Of a stretch of 64,000 nt of DNA, positions 35,554-44,543 are shown piece by piece. The notes under the pieces were generated by a model that saw only the letters and a list, made by a program, of their open reading frames with translations, was not told where the DNA came from and searched no databases. This stretch comes from an uncultured Candidatus Saccharibacteria bacterium (lineage in GTDB: Bacteria; Patescibacteriota; Minisyncoccia; Phycocordibacterales; JACOZG01). Position 1 is the first letter of the stretch. Each line of letters begins with the position of its first letter. The position numbers and the translations under genes are program-made. The stretch covers positions 30,644 to 94,643 of the forward strand of contig CAYICB010000001.1 of assembly GCA_964361825.1 (NCBI GenBank). The letters run 5' to 3'.

Positions 35554-36933
35554 TTATTCACTATATAACCGCCCCCTGATCTGTTCAATTTCTTGTACGA
35601 GATTGGCGTCATTTTTTAAGTCATTTCGAATCTTGTCGTAAGCGTGAATAACTGTGGTATGGTCTCTGCCGCCTAGTTTTTGGCCAATATAAGGGTAAGA
35701 ACTGCTAAAATCTTCTCTTAATAAGTACATTACCACTTGCCGTGGCTTAACCACTTCCTTTTTTCGGGTTTTTTCATACAAAACCTGCTCCTCGATATTG
35801 TAAAATTCAGCCACCACACTGGTTAAACTTTTGACAGAGATAGATTTTTTAGGCTTAATGCTATTTTTTAGCAATACCTTAGCTTCATTAAGGGTAATCC
35901 CCCGCTTTTTTACATAGGCTTGGCAGACCACTGAGTTTAGAGCCCCCTCTAACTCCCTAATATTGTCTTGAACCGAGGAAGCGATGTATTCAAGGATTTC
36001 TTGGTCTAATTCGAACTTAATTGATTGTAGTTTGGCCGTTAAAATTGCCAATCTAGTCTCAAACTCTGGTTTATTGACCCCAATCATCATCCCCCCTTCC
36101 AAGCGGGAACGAACCCGTTCTTCTAGATTAGGGATATGTTTTGGGGCTTTGTCTGAAGAAAAGATCAATTGTTTATTGTTATCTTGAAAATTGTTAAAGA
36201 TATGGAACAGTTCTTCTTGGGTCTTGTCTTTATTGGACAAAAACTGAACATCATCAAGAATCAGAATGTCGTATTTGCGATATTTTTCTTTAAAGGACGG
36301 AATTCTGTTGTTAAGGACAGAATTAACATAATCCAAAGAAAATCTTTCTGAAGTAATGTAGTATCCTTTTTTGTTTGGATGTGTCTTTTTAAAATGATTT
36401 CCTACCGCTTGAATTAAATGGGTTTTTCCTAAGCCGGTTGGTCCATAAATAAATAAGGGGTTATAGGTCGAACCTGGTTGTTTAATTACCGCTTGGGCGG
36501 CCGCATAGGCTAATTCATTAAAGGACCCTACGATAAAGGTGTCAAAGACATATTTGGGATTTAAATTGTCTTCTTTGTTGACGTAAAGGTCATTAAGATT
36601 AAGTTGATTGGTAAAGGGCGGCTTGTCATAGTAGTCTGTCTGATTAGTTTTGTCCTTTTCTTCTGGTTTTTGAATCAAATACTCAATCCCTCTAACCTCT
36701 GGCGATAAGTCGCGGAGAGTTTTGACGATTAGTTTGTGAAATTTGTTGGCTAACCAGTCTTTAGCAAAGGCATTTGGTACGCCCAAGCACACCACGCCAC
36801 CATCTTGTTTAAGAATACAGGTGTTTCGAAACCAAGTGCCAAAATTAGCTTTAGAAATATTGACCTCAATTAACCCTAGAGCGTCAACCCAAAGTTTTTT
36901 GGTATCGATCATCGCGTAAAGTATAGTCTTCAT
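35554..36933 (-). CDS. dnaA: chromosomal replication initiator DnaA
   Basis: AAA+ GPTGLGKTHL and a C-terminal DNA-binding domain. Start set at an internal Met (alternative 36912) because the longest ORF overlaps the rpmH start. Confidence 0.9.
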   Translation of the reverse strand: MKTILYAMIDTKKLWVDALGLIEVNISKANFGTWFRNTCILKQDGGVVCLGVPNAFAKDWLANKFHKLIVKTLRDLSPEVRGIEYLIQKPEEKDKTNQTDYYDKPPFTNQLNLNDLYVNKEDNLNPKYVFDTFIVGSFNELAYAAAQAVIKQPGSTYNPLFIYGPTGLGKTHLIQAVGNHFKKTHPNKKGYYITSERFSLDYVNSVLNNRIPSFKEKYRKYDILILDDVQFLSNKDKTQEELFHIFNNFQDNNKQLIFSSDKAPKHIPNLEERVRSRLEGGMMIGVNKPEFETRLAILTAKLQSIKFELDQEILEYIASSVQDNIRELEGALNSVVCQAYVKKRGITLNEAKVLLKNSIKPKKSISVKSLTSVVAEFYNIEEQVLYEKTRKKEVVKPRQVVMYLLREDFSSSYPYIGQKLGGRDHTTVIHAYDKIRNDLKNDANLVQEIEQIRGRLYSE

Positions 36934-36989
36934 TTTGATAAGAGCAACTTGGTTGCCAACCAAACTTTTTTGAGTTAGGATGTAAGACC

Positions 36990-37124
36990 ATGTCATTCAC
37001 TTATAAACCAAAGAAACGCAAACGCCGAACCACTCACGGTTTTTTGGTCAGACAAAAAAGCGCTACTGGTAGGAAAGTTCTTCGTGCCAGACGCCGCAAA
37101 GGACGCCACAAGCTTTCGGTTTAA
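36990..37124 (+). CDS. rpmH: 50S ribosomal protein L34
   Basis: Translated by hand: [44 protein letters not shown]. Not in the ORF track because it is under 60 aa. Confidence 0.85.
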   Translation: MSFTYKPKKRKRRTTHGFLVRQKSATGRKVLRARRRKGRHKLSV

Positions 37125-37127
37125 GCA

Positions 37128-37472
37128 ATGTTGCCAGCTAAAAATCGGCTTAACCGCGGCCAAATTAAGGAAATTATGGTTCGGGGGCGGTCTTTTTTTT
37201 CTGATCACCTTACTTTTCGTTATGCTCCATTAGGAACAGGTCAGTTGAGTGGTTTTGCCGTGGTGGTGGCCGCTAAGTGGGCCAAAAAAGCCAACGAACG
37301 AAACAAAATCAAGCGATTGATCAAGGTGGTTTTAAGAAATCTCTTGCCCCAAGTAAAAGCCGGTTGGGGTGGGGTCATTTTTTTGAAAAAAAGCGTAACC
37401 CCGGTAACATTAAGGGGTTTAGAAACTGAAGTGAAGCAATTAATTTATCAAACTCCTTTATTTTATAAATGA
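37128..37472 (+). CDS. rnpA: ribonuclease P protein component
   Basis: MLPAKNRLNRGQIKEIMVRG... Confidence 0.85.
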   Translation: MLPAKNRLNRGQIKEIMVRGRSFFSDHLTFRYAPLGTGQLSGFAVVVAAKWAKKANERNKIKRLIKVVLRNLLPQVKAGWGGVIFLKKSVTPVTLRGLETEVKQLIYQTPLFYK

Positions 37473-38221
37473 AATTTATTTATCAGCAGATTTTTTATCT
37501 CCCCCTCTACAACCTTTTGGCTTTTTTGGCCGAAATGGTGCCAACCCACAATCTTGGTCTCGCGATTATCATCTTAACTTTATTGGTTAAACTGGTCTTG
37601 TTTCCGTTTTATCATAAGACACGGAAAATTCAGCTTAAAATTAAGGCGATTGAACCAGAATTGAAGAAGATCAAACAAGAAAATGCTGGTAATAAGCAGG
37701 CCGAAGCCTTAAAAACGATGGCTTTGTACCGTGAGCACGGGATTAGCCCATTATCTGGGTTCGGTATTATGCTAATTCAGCTACCGATTTTGTTTGCTTT
37801 ATATGGTGTTTTTCGCGAAAGCTTGGCTTTTGATCCCAACCTCCTCTATTCATTTGTGTCTGCCCCAGAAACAGTTAATCATGTTTTGTTTTTCATTGAT
37901 TTAACTAAAGCCAGCTATATTTTGGCAATTTTGGCGGGAATTACCCAGTTTGTGCAAGTAAAATTAGCTTTGCCCGGTACTCCCCCCGCCGACCGCAACG
38001 GTGATGGCAAAACCACTTTTAGTGAGGATTTGGCCCGAAGCATGAATGTCCAAGCCAAATATTTTTTACCAGTAATGATCACCTTGTTTTCTCTTGGTTT
38101 ACCCGGAGCAATTTCTCTTTACTGGGTGGTTGGCAATTTATTTATGATTGCTCACGAACTCTTGGTGAAACACCGAGCTAAGGTGGCGTTTACTGCTCCC
38201 AACTTAAGCTCCACAGTGTAG
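37469..38221 (+). CDS. yidC: membrane protein insertase YidC (short form)
   Basis: Conserved TM1 with K (LLVKLVLFPF) and a 60KD_IMP core. Confidence 0.85.
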   Translation: MKFIYQQIFYLPLYNLLAFLAEMVPTHNLGLAIIILTLLVKLVLFPFYHKTRKIQLKIKAIEPELKKIKQENAGNKQAEALKTMALYREHGISPLSGFGIMLIQLPILFALYGVFRESLAFDPNLLYSFVSAPETVNHVLFFIDLTKASYILAILAGITQFVQVKLALPGTPPADRNGDGKTTFSEDLARSMNVQAKYFLPVMITLFSLGLPGAISLYWVVGNLFMIAHELLVKHRAKVAFTAPNLSSTV

Positions 38222-39392
38222 CGTCTGGCCGATTTTGGAAGATTAAACGATTTTCGGCTGGATTTAGGCTCAAACGCGAAGCATCGAGGTTGTTTTGTAA
38301 ACCAAAAACGGTAGAAGTTTCAAAAATGAGGTAGCTCTCGCCGGTGTCGGTATTGATTTGCCAAAAATTGTCTTGCCAAGCAATTTCGCCGCGGTAATAA
38401 GCATCTGGTAGCGGGAGGGGGCTTAATTTTGTTGGAACCGCACAGTAAATTAATTTAGAATCGTTCGTCCAAACACACTTTTCGGCCAAAGTTTGAATGC
38501 CCAATAAAGTGATTTCATTGGTATTTAAGTTAAGCAAACTTAGATTTAAGCCAGCCCCGTTATTGTGGCTATATACTAGCTTGGTGCCGTCTGGACTTAA
38601 GTGGCCAGTTAAGCCAAATGAACCGCCGATTAAGCGAGTGAGTTTGCCGGTGTTTGGATCTAGGTTATAGATTAAACCGGCATAATTGGCCGCCGGCTTA
38701 GTATTTAAAAGGATTGAGCTATTGGTGGGCCAAGACACTAGCCATTCGCTTACCCCAGCGCGAAAGATAACCTTTTTGTTTTCAGGTTTTTGCCAATCTA
38801 AAACTGAACCAATTGCCCCGTCCCCCACTTTCTCTAGGAGGAAAACCTTTTTTTGATCTGGAGACGAAGCGAGAGCAATTAAATTGGGTGAAATTATATT
38901 GCCCGTGCTACTAAGTAAAACTTGACCTCCCGTCTCGGGTTTAATGGCCCAAAAATCAATCGTACTGGTGGCGCCGAGGAAAAATTTAGCCTCGGTTAAG
39001 CCGGGCGCGGTGTAATTGCTTAGGCGGGTGGCCGCATTATTGAGCAAATCTTTCTCATACAAATGGCCGGTAGCTTTATCAAGATAATAAATTTTACTCG
39101 TGGTGGAGCCTTGGTTTAGCTGAAAATCACTAATAGGAGTATCGAGGAGACGATTTAAGCCTTGGCCAAAACTCTGATTGACTAAACTTTCACCAAAACC
39201 GGGCGCTAAAGACTCTTCTGCGGAAGAGTTATTTTCCCCAGTGTCGACCGGAAAGAATTCATCGATGGTGGGTAGATTTGGCGCCGGTGTGGGAGCAATT
39301 TCTCGGTTTTGATAAAGCCAGAAGCCAATTAAGCCAGCGCTTAAAGCGACAAGGATAATGATAATCGTGAGAATTTTTTTAACCGTGCTCAT
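38190..39392 (-). CDS. membrane-anchored periplasmic protein with TolB/PD40-like beta-propeller repeats
   Basis: N-terminal TM and repeats such as LSPDGTKLVYSHNNG. It is the last gene of the T4SS-like operon. Confidence 0.4.
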   Translation of the reverse strand: MSTVKKILTIIIILVALSAGLIGFWLYQNREIAPTPAPNLPTIDEFFPVDTGENNSSAEESLAPGFGESLVNQSFGQGLNRLLDTPISDFQLNQGSTTSKIYYLDKATGHLYEKDLLNNAATRLSNYTAPGLTEAKFFLGATSTIDFWAIKPETGGQVLLSSTGNIISPNLIALASSPDQKKVFLLEKVGDGAIGSVLDWQKPENKKVIFRAGVSEWLVSWPTNSSILLNTKPAANYAGLIYNLDPNTGKLTRLIGGSFGLTGHLSPDGTKLVYSHNNGAGLNLSLLNLNTNEITLLGIQTLAEKCVWTNDSKLIYCAVPTKLSPLPLPDAYYRGEIAWQDNFWQINTDTGESYLIFETSTVFGLQNNLDASRLSLNPAENRLIFQNRPDATLWSLSWEQ

Positions 39393-40462
39393 TTGGGTAA
39401 AATAAAGTTTAGATTGACCAAATTAGGATTAATTTGCTGGAGAATAAGGTAAGCCGCTAGAGCGAGGATAATCCCCTTTAAGATTTCCCATAAACGATCT
39501 TTGGCATCGGTTTTTACCCCCGGAAGAGGGTTAATGGTGTATTGCACCCCCTTCCATACAATAGTGATGATGGCAAAGAGTCCAAGGAGTCCAACGGCTT
39601 GTTTGAAAAGCGCTTTTAAATAGTCTGGTAAATTAGCGATGGGAGTGGAGCCCGTGGCGCCAATCACACCCGGTTCCAACACATTTACCCCACCCACCTC
39701 TTGGGCTAAGGCCACTGGGAGAAGTTTTGGCCAGAAAGAGAAACCATCATTACCAAATTCAATTTGGAGATCACGGGCCGCTTCTTGATTGCTAATCGCT
39801 TTGTTTTTTATCCGCAAGTTTACTGGCGCCACGCCTTCTTTGCCAGAACGATTTTGCAGGATAACCGTGCGGCCGTCTTCGGAGCTGGGGGTAGCTAATT
39901 GGTTATTGATTAGCCAAGAGAAAGCCACTTGGCCACTAGCTAAATTGGCGAGAGAAAAAAAGTATGGTTCGGCGATTAGGGAAAAGGTGTTTTCTGGCAA
40001 ATGCCAAGTGTCGGGTATGGCTAAAGCATAATTTGGTCCAAGCAAGGGTTCGGTTGGGTAAATTAGCGCTTTGGGGCTAACGAGCGATAGATTGAGAGTT
40101 TGTTTGAGCCTAGTTTCTCCGGTGGGCGTTTTGACCTCTACCGTAATAGCATTGCTACCAGTATTGCCGGCGCGGTAAATTAAACTATTTTTGCCTGTTC
40201 CGGAATTGGCGGGTAAATTGTAACCGTCTTTTTGCCAAGTGTAGATTAGGTTTTCTGGTGCCAAATTGGCAATTTGAGCTAGGGCCACCACCTTAACCTC
40301 GCTTTGGCTCGAAGGTAGGGCTTTGCCTCGATAACCTGTGGGGGTGTAAGTTCGCGCTTCCCAGAGCAGGTCGACAAAATTATTGTTTGGCGCTGACTGG
40401 GCTTGAGCGCTGGGAATGAGGGTGATGAGGCTAAACCCCAGGCTTAGAAGAAATTTTTTCAT
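39389..40462 (-). CDS. secreted protein with C-terminal double-TM hairpin (possible T4SS pilin/TrbC-like domain)
   Basis: Signal peptide MKKFLLSLGFSLITLIPSAQA and two C-terminal hydrophobic helices (GLLGLFAIITIVW, GIILALAAYLIL). Confidence 0.35.
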   Translation of the reverse strand: MKKFLLSLGFSLITLIPSAQAQSAPNNNFVDLLWEARTYTPTGYRGKALPSSQSEVKVVALAQIANLAPENLIYTWQKDGYNLPANSGTGKNSLIYRAGNTGSNAITVEVKTPTGETRLKQTLNLSLVSPKALIYPTEPLLGPNYALAIPDTWHLPENTFSLIAEPYFFSLANLASGQVAFSWLINNQLATPSSEDGRTVILQNRSGKEGVAPVNLRIKNKAISNQEAARDLQIEFGNDGFSFWPKLLPVALAQEVGGVNVLEPGVIGATGSTPIANLPDYLKALFKQAVGLLGLFAIITIVWKGVQYTINPLPGVKTDAKDRLWEILKGIILALAAYLILQQINPNLVNLNFILPK

Positions 40463-40787
40463 TTAATTTTTTTAAGGCTGGCATTCGATCTTCTAATTTT
40501 ACCATAACTATTAGACCAATAACGCCAGCCGTGATGGTGGGTAACCAGCTGACAAAGGGAATAAATTCTAAAACGGCACTGGTGGCGGCGGTGGCCAAAC
40601 GCCCGGGATGCATAAAACTGGCGCCCCGGAGGTAAAACCATAAGGAAAAAGTTAACCAAGCAAATAAACTGGAGACAAAATTGACTATTGGCACAAAACT
40701 AAGTAAATCAAAAAATAAAGCGACACTAATGAGAAAAAATCCCTGAAGCCAGTCGATGCGGGTTTTCTTTTTGGCGTTTTCGTCCAT
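40431..40787 (-). CDS. small polytopic membrane protein
   Basis: Three TM helices. Overlaps neighbouring genes. Confidence 0.4.
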   Translation of the reverse strand: MDENAKKKTRIDWLQGFFLISVALFFDLLSFVPIVNFVSSLFAWLTFSLWFYLRGASFMHPGRLATAATSAVLEFIPFVSWLPTITAGVIGLIVMVKLEDRMPALKKLNEKISSKPGV

Positions 40788-40790
40788 AAC

Positions 40791-42623
40791 TTAGGGCGTT
40801 TTGGGCTTATCTTCGGTACTAAGTTCGAGCTCTTGTTTGGCCTTTTTGATGGCGAGGAGTTGCGAGGGATCCGAGGTAATAATTTGGTCTTCGGTATAGG
40901 AGGCAATAATTTTGATCGCCACATGTTTGAGGCCGGCGAAAAAGATTCCCTCCCCCACATTACTCTCGAGAAGTAAGAATTTTTCTTCATCAGTGAGTTG
41001 GAAGGTTTGCTGAACCAGATCGATGGAGGCCGGCGACTGCTTGAGCAAGAGTTGGATGGAAGAGTTGGTGATGATTGGTAGGCCATATTCTGAACGCAAG
41101 AAATCCCCCACATCTTGTGTGATAGTGGCCACGCCGAGATAATATTTACGCCCGCGCTTAACGAGCGAGAAGAGGAAGGAGGCGGTATCGGGCGCCTTCA
41201 TCATCCACCACGCCTCATCAATCACTAGCAAGCGCTTTTTTAGATTTCGTCTGATGGAGTTCCAGATATTATGCATCACAATATACATCGCCACCGGCTT
41301 GAGCTCATCCTCCATGTCGCGCACTGAGAACACCACAAACTTTTTATTAATATCCACATTGGTGGGTTGATTGATGAAACCGGCCCAAGTGCCTTGAGTA
41401 TATTTGAGCAAGCGTTGCGCCAGCGGCGCCCCACCCTCCATGCCAGCGAGCACCAACTCCAGATCCGAGAGGAGGGGCGCTGGTTTATTACCAAAATTAG
41501 AATCGGGGGTAATATCTTTGAGGGCATAGGTTTCGGTAATCGCGGCGTCTAAAATAGCGTCCTCCTCGCTCGTGAGACCGCCGAGCATAATTCTAAAAAG
41601 GCCCACCAAATTGATGATATTAGAACGCAAAACATCGGCCGGCGACTCATCTTCTCTGGGGTAAGGCAAGTCGAAAGGGTTAATGTGGTGCTCGGAAGTG
41701 AGCGAGATATTGAAATAGCGCCCGCCAACCGCCTCGGCCAAAAATTCGTATTCTCGCTCGGGGTCAATGACGATAATGTCGGTATCAAACATCAGCGAGC
41801 GCAAAATCTCTAACTTGGTGGCATAAGATTTGCCCGAGCCCGATTTGGCAAAAATCACCGAATTGTAGTTCTCGAGGGAAAAGCGGTCGAAGAGTACGAG
41901 CGAAGAATTGTGGCGGTTAATGCCGTATAAAATACCCTTGTTGGAAGTAAGATCGAAGGAAACGAAAGGGAATAAGCTCGAGAGGGGCGAAGAGTTAAGC
42001 TTATAATTAATCTCTAACAGATCTTGAGAGACAGGCAAAACACTTTTGAAGCCCTCCGCTTGTTGAAATAGGGCGGGTTTGAGGTAAACCAGCTTGGCGT
42101 CGAGAATTGACTTGACCTCGGTCTCGGTTTTGTCGAGCTCATCCTCGGTTTCGCCATAAATGGTGATATATAGCCCGACGTCAAAGATCTTTTCCCGCGC
42201 TTGCTGGAGGGAGTCGCGTAGACTCTCGATATCTTCGTAAGCGGTATCAAGAATGGGGTCGCGCACCATCCCCTTACCCTCCTTGATACTGATTTGGCTT
42301 TGGACTTCGGCCACCTTTTTCTCTAATTGCTTGAGGGCGATTGAAGTATCAATGGGGTGGATGAGAATAGAAACATCAAAGATTTTGTCCAGATTGATAA
42401 CGGGCGAGAACCAATCACCGGCCAAAAATCGGGGGTAAGAAATTACGAAAAAGGTGCGCGCCAGCTTATCGCCCAAATTGAGGACTCGGGGCGTAATCTT
42501 AAGCGCCGAAGGCGCAATAATATCGCGGAGCTCCAGCACGCCCAATTCATAAATATCTTTGGGTAAAACGGGTGATAAACCCACTTTTTCCTCGGTTTTT
42601 TTGCCAAAATTAAATAAAGCCAT
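40791..42623 (-). CDS. VirB4/TrbE/PrgJ-family T4SS ATPase, C-terminal (ATPase) part
   Basis: Walker A FAKSGSGKSY and Walker B LLVIDEAWWMM. Confidence 0.8.
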   Translation of the reverse strand: MALFNFGKKTEEKVGLSPVLPKDIYELGVLELRDIIAPSALKITPRVLNLGDKLARTFFVISYPRFLAGDWFSPVINLDKIFDVSILIHPIDTSIALKQLEKKVAEVQSQISIKEGKGMVRDPILDTAYEDIESLRDSLQQAREKIFDVGLYITIYGETEDELDKTETEVKSILDAKLVYLKPALFQQAEGFKSVLPVSQDLLEINYKLNSSPLSSLFPFVSFDLTSNKGILYGINRHNSSLVLFDRFSLENYNSVIFAKSGSGKSYATKLEILRSLMFDTDIIVIDPEREYEFLAEAVGGRYFNISLTSEHHINPFDLPYPREDESPADVLRSNIINLVGLFRIMLGGLTSEEDAILDAAITETYALKDITPDSNFGNKPAPLLSDLELVLAGMEGGAPLAQRLLKYTQGTWAGFINQPTNVDINKKFVVFSVRDMEDELKPVAMYIVMHNIWNSIRRNLKKRLLVIDEAWWMMKAPDTASFLFSLVKRGRKYYLGVATITQDVGDFLRSEYGLPIITNSSIQLLLKQSPASIDLVQQTFQLTDEEKFLLLESNVGEGIFFAGLKHVAIKIIASYTEDQIITSDPSQLLAIKKAKQELELSTEDKPKTP

Positions 42624-42625
42624 AA

Positions 42626-43261
42626 TTAATTGCCACTGGGCATTGAGGCCTCACCCGGATTAAAAATTTTGAAATAAAGCTCCACTAACTCCTCGGTGCC
42701 GAGAGGGATAGCGCGGATGCCAAAACGCCCTAAACCTTGTACTACCACCCCAGCGCGTTGCTCTAGCTGGGTGCGTCGCTCGAGGAAGAGGTCTTGCTCG
42801 GCGGTGGCAGTTTTGGGCTGGCGACCGGGCAAGAAGGAAGCCAGAAAGCCTTTTTTGGTGACATCCACAATAGGTGGATCATAAGGCACCACTACAAAAA
42901 AGGTTTTGGTCATCACATCGGTGGTGAGGGTAAAGTTTTTGATAAAATCGATGTATTCTCTGGTTTGGATTTGGAGTAATTCATTGGTTTGCTCTTTAGC
43001 CCGATCTTGAAGGGTCATTAAATAGGGCTTAATATCGAGCTTGCGCGATTGGATAAAGAGCTGAATTTGGAAGTCGAGCGAATTTAAGAAGTTTTGATAT
43101 TGGAGAATGGTCGCCTCCTTCTCGTCCTCACTTTTTAAGGCAAAGTTGAGAGCCGAAGCGATAAGAACGAGGCGGAGAGAATTATTTTTGAGCACCACTA
43201 CCCCGTCGCGGATCTCGCGAATGGGGACAAAATCTTGCGTGGGCTCGGCAACTTTGGCCAT
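42626..43261 (-). CDS. VirB4-family N-terminal domain encoded as a separate ORF
   Basis: VPIREIRDGVVVLKNNSLRLVLIASALNFALKSEDEKEATILQYQNFLNSLDFQIQ resembles the VirB4/TraC N-terminus. It ends TAA-TT-ATG, 2 nt before the ATPase ORF. Confidence 0.5.
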   Translation of the reverse strand: MAKVAEPTQDFVPIREIRDGVVVLKNNSLRLVLIASALNFALKSEDEKEATILQYQNFLNSLDFQIQLFIQSRKLDIKPYLMTLQDRAKEQTNELLQIQTREYIDFIKNFTLTTDVMTKTFFVVVPYDPPIVDVTKKGFLASFLPGRQPKTATAEQDLFLERRTQLEQRAGVVVQGLGRFGIRAIPLGTEELVELYFKIFNPGEASMPSGN

Positions 43262-43280
43262 GCCAATTATTATACCGCGT

Positions 43281-43688
43281 TTATTGGATTTTTTCTCTCA
43301 CATCGAGACTCCAAGAGAGGTCGCGCAACCGACTTTGGGATAATTTGGGAATCTTGAAGCCGGTCGCTCCCTCGCTCCCGAGGACAATCTTTTTCCCCAC
43401 GGCCGTTTTCTCCTTGCGCTTCCAGATATACAGCTTTTTGGTAAACAGGTAACGGAAAGCGGCTTCGGTAACCTTAATAAACGGCTGATTATTAACTTTA
43501 TAAAAAGCGAGGAGGAGGCCGAAGGCCACGATAGCGAGAATCAGGGGCCAAGCGATGAGGCGAGGCAAATAGGTGTAGAAGATAAAGGCGCCACCGAGTG
43601 AGCCAGCAATATACACAAATTGCTTGAAGGTCAGCGGACCGAAAATCTTGTCTTCAATCTCAATAAATTGTGGGACTTGGAAGTTCAT
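43281..43688 (-). CDS. PrgI/VirB3-like small membrane protein
   Basis: VPQFIEIEDKIFGPLTFKQFVYIAG followed by two TM helices, directly upstream of VirB4. Confidence 0.5.
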   Translation of the reverse strand: MNFQVPQFIEIEDKIFGPLTFKQFVYIAGSLGGAFIFYTYLPRLIAWPLILAIVAFGLLLAFYKVNNQPFIKVTEAAFRYLFTKKLYIWKRKEKTAVGKKIVLGSEGATGFKIPKLSQSRLRDLSWSLDVREKIQ

Positions 43689-43738
43689 GTTAGAAGGTTA
43701 AAAGGCAAAAATCAAAAGGCAAAAATTTAAGTTAAAAT

Positions 43739-43978
43739 TCAAAATTTTTGACCCTTCAATTTTAACACACCAGCCGCTAACATGTTGGCCAACTCGCGCA
43801 CCTCGACGATTAAGGGGTTCACTTTTTCGCCCAAAACTAATCCCGCATCTCTTAGTAAATTTAACCAGTAAACAGTTTCATTGGCGCTTTTTAGCGAAAT
43901 TTCGTAAAATTTTTTGAATTCTAACCGGGAGCATCTTTCTTTGAGATCACTTTTGGCTTTTGAATTGTAATTTTGCAT
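43739..43978 (-). CDS. four-helix-bundle protein (TIGR02436 / Avd superfamily), 5'-truncated
   Basis: 79 aa matching only the C-terminal half of the family (ETVYWLNLLRDAGL...). Confidence 0.45.
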   Translation of the reverse strand: MQNYNSKAKSDLKERCSRLEFKKFYEISLKSANETVYWLNLLRDAGLVLGEKVNPLIVEVRELANMLAAGVLKLKGQKF

Positions 43979-44024
43979 TTTGACCTTTGACTTTTGAGTT
44001 GGTCAAAGCGCCACTGACAAAAGC

Positions 44025-44540
44025 CTACTTGGCCGGCTCTCGATACGGGTCCGTGGTCGCGGGGCTCGCTTGGGGTGGAATTGGCGCTTGGGTGGCGAGA
44101 TGATCAAGATCGACCTCCTCGCGCGGCACGCGGAAGAGTTTGCTCATTTTCTCATTGAAGATGGTGGCCGAAGCCGGCGCCTTGAGCGGTTGACTAACCG
44201 AGCTCGGCTCGCTGGGCGTAGTGCTGTGGACCTTCTGCAGGGATTCCCGAATCTTGAGAAAAATCTCTTGATTAACTTCAGTCACTATCGCTTTTATCTC
44301 TTCACCACTAATCCCCGGTAAGGCCTTGATTAATCCCTGTTCGTAACTCGCTACAGGGTTAATTCCGATTAAAACGAGGGCCGTTTGATCGGCCAGCTCG
44401 CCAATTTGGTCTAAGTGGAGTTTGTGGTTCAAACCAATTTCCCCTATTGCGCCATCGAGATCAAGATCCCAAATCGCCGCCTTAATATCCTCGGGTAAAC
44501 CCATAAACTTTTTTGCTAATTGTTCGCTATTGTGTTCCAT
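44025..44540 (-). CDS. hypothetical protein
   Basis: 171 aa with a Pro/Ser-rich C-terminus. Confidence 0.4.
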   Translation of the reverse strand: MEHNSEQLAKKFMGLPEDIKAAIWDLDLDGAIGEIGLNHKLHLDQIGELADQTALVLIGINPVASYEQGLIKALPGISGEEIKAIVTEVNQEIFLKIRESLQKVHSTTPSEPSSVSQPLKAPASATIFNEKMSKLFRVPREEVDLDHLATQAPIPPQASPATTDPYREPAK

Positions 44541-44543
44541 AAA

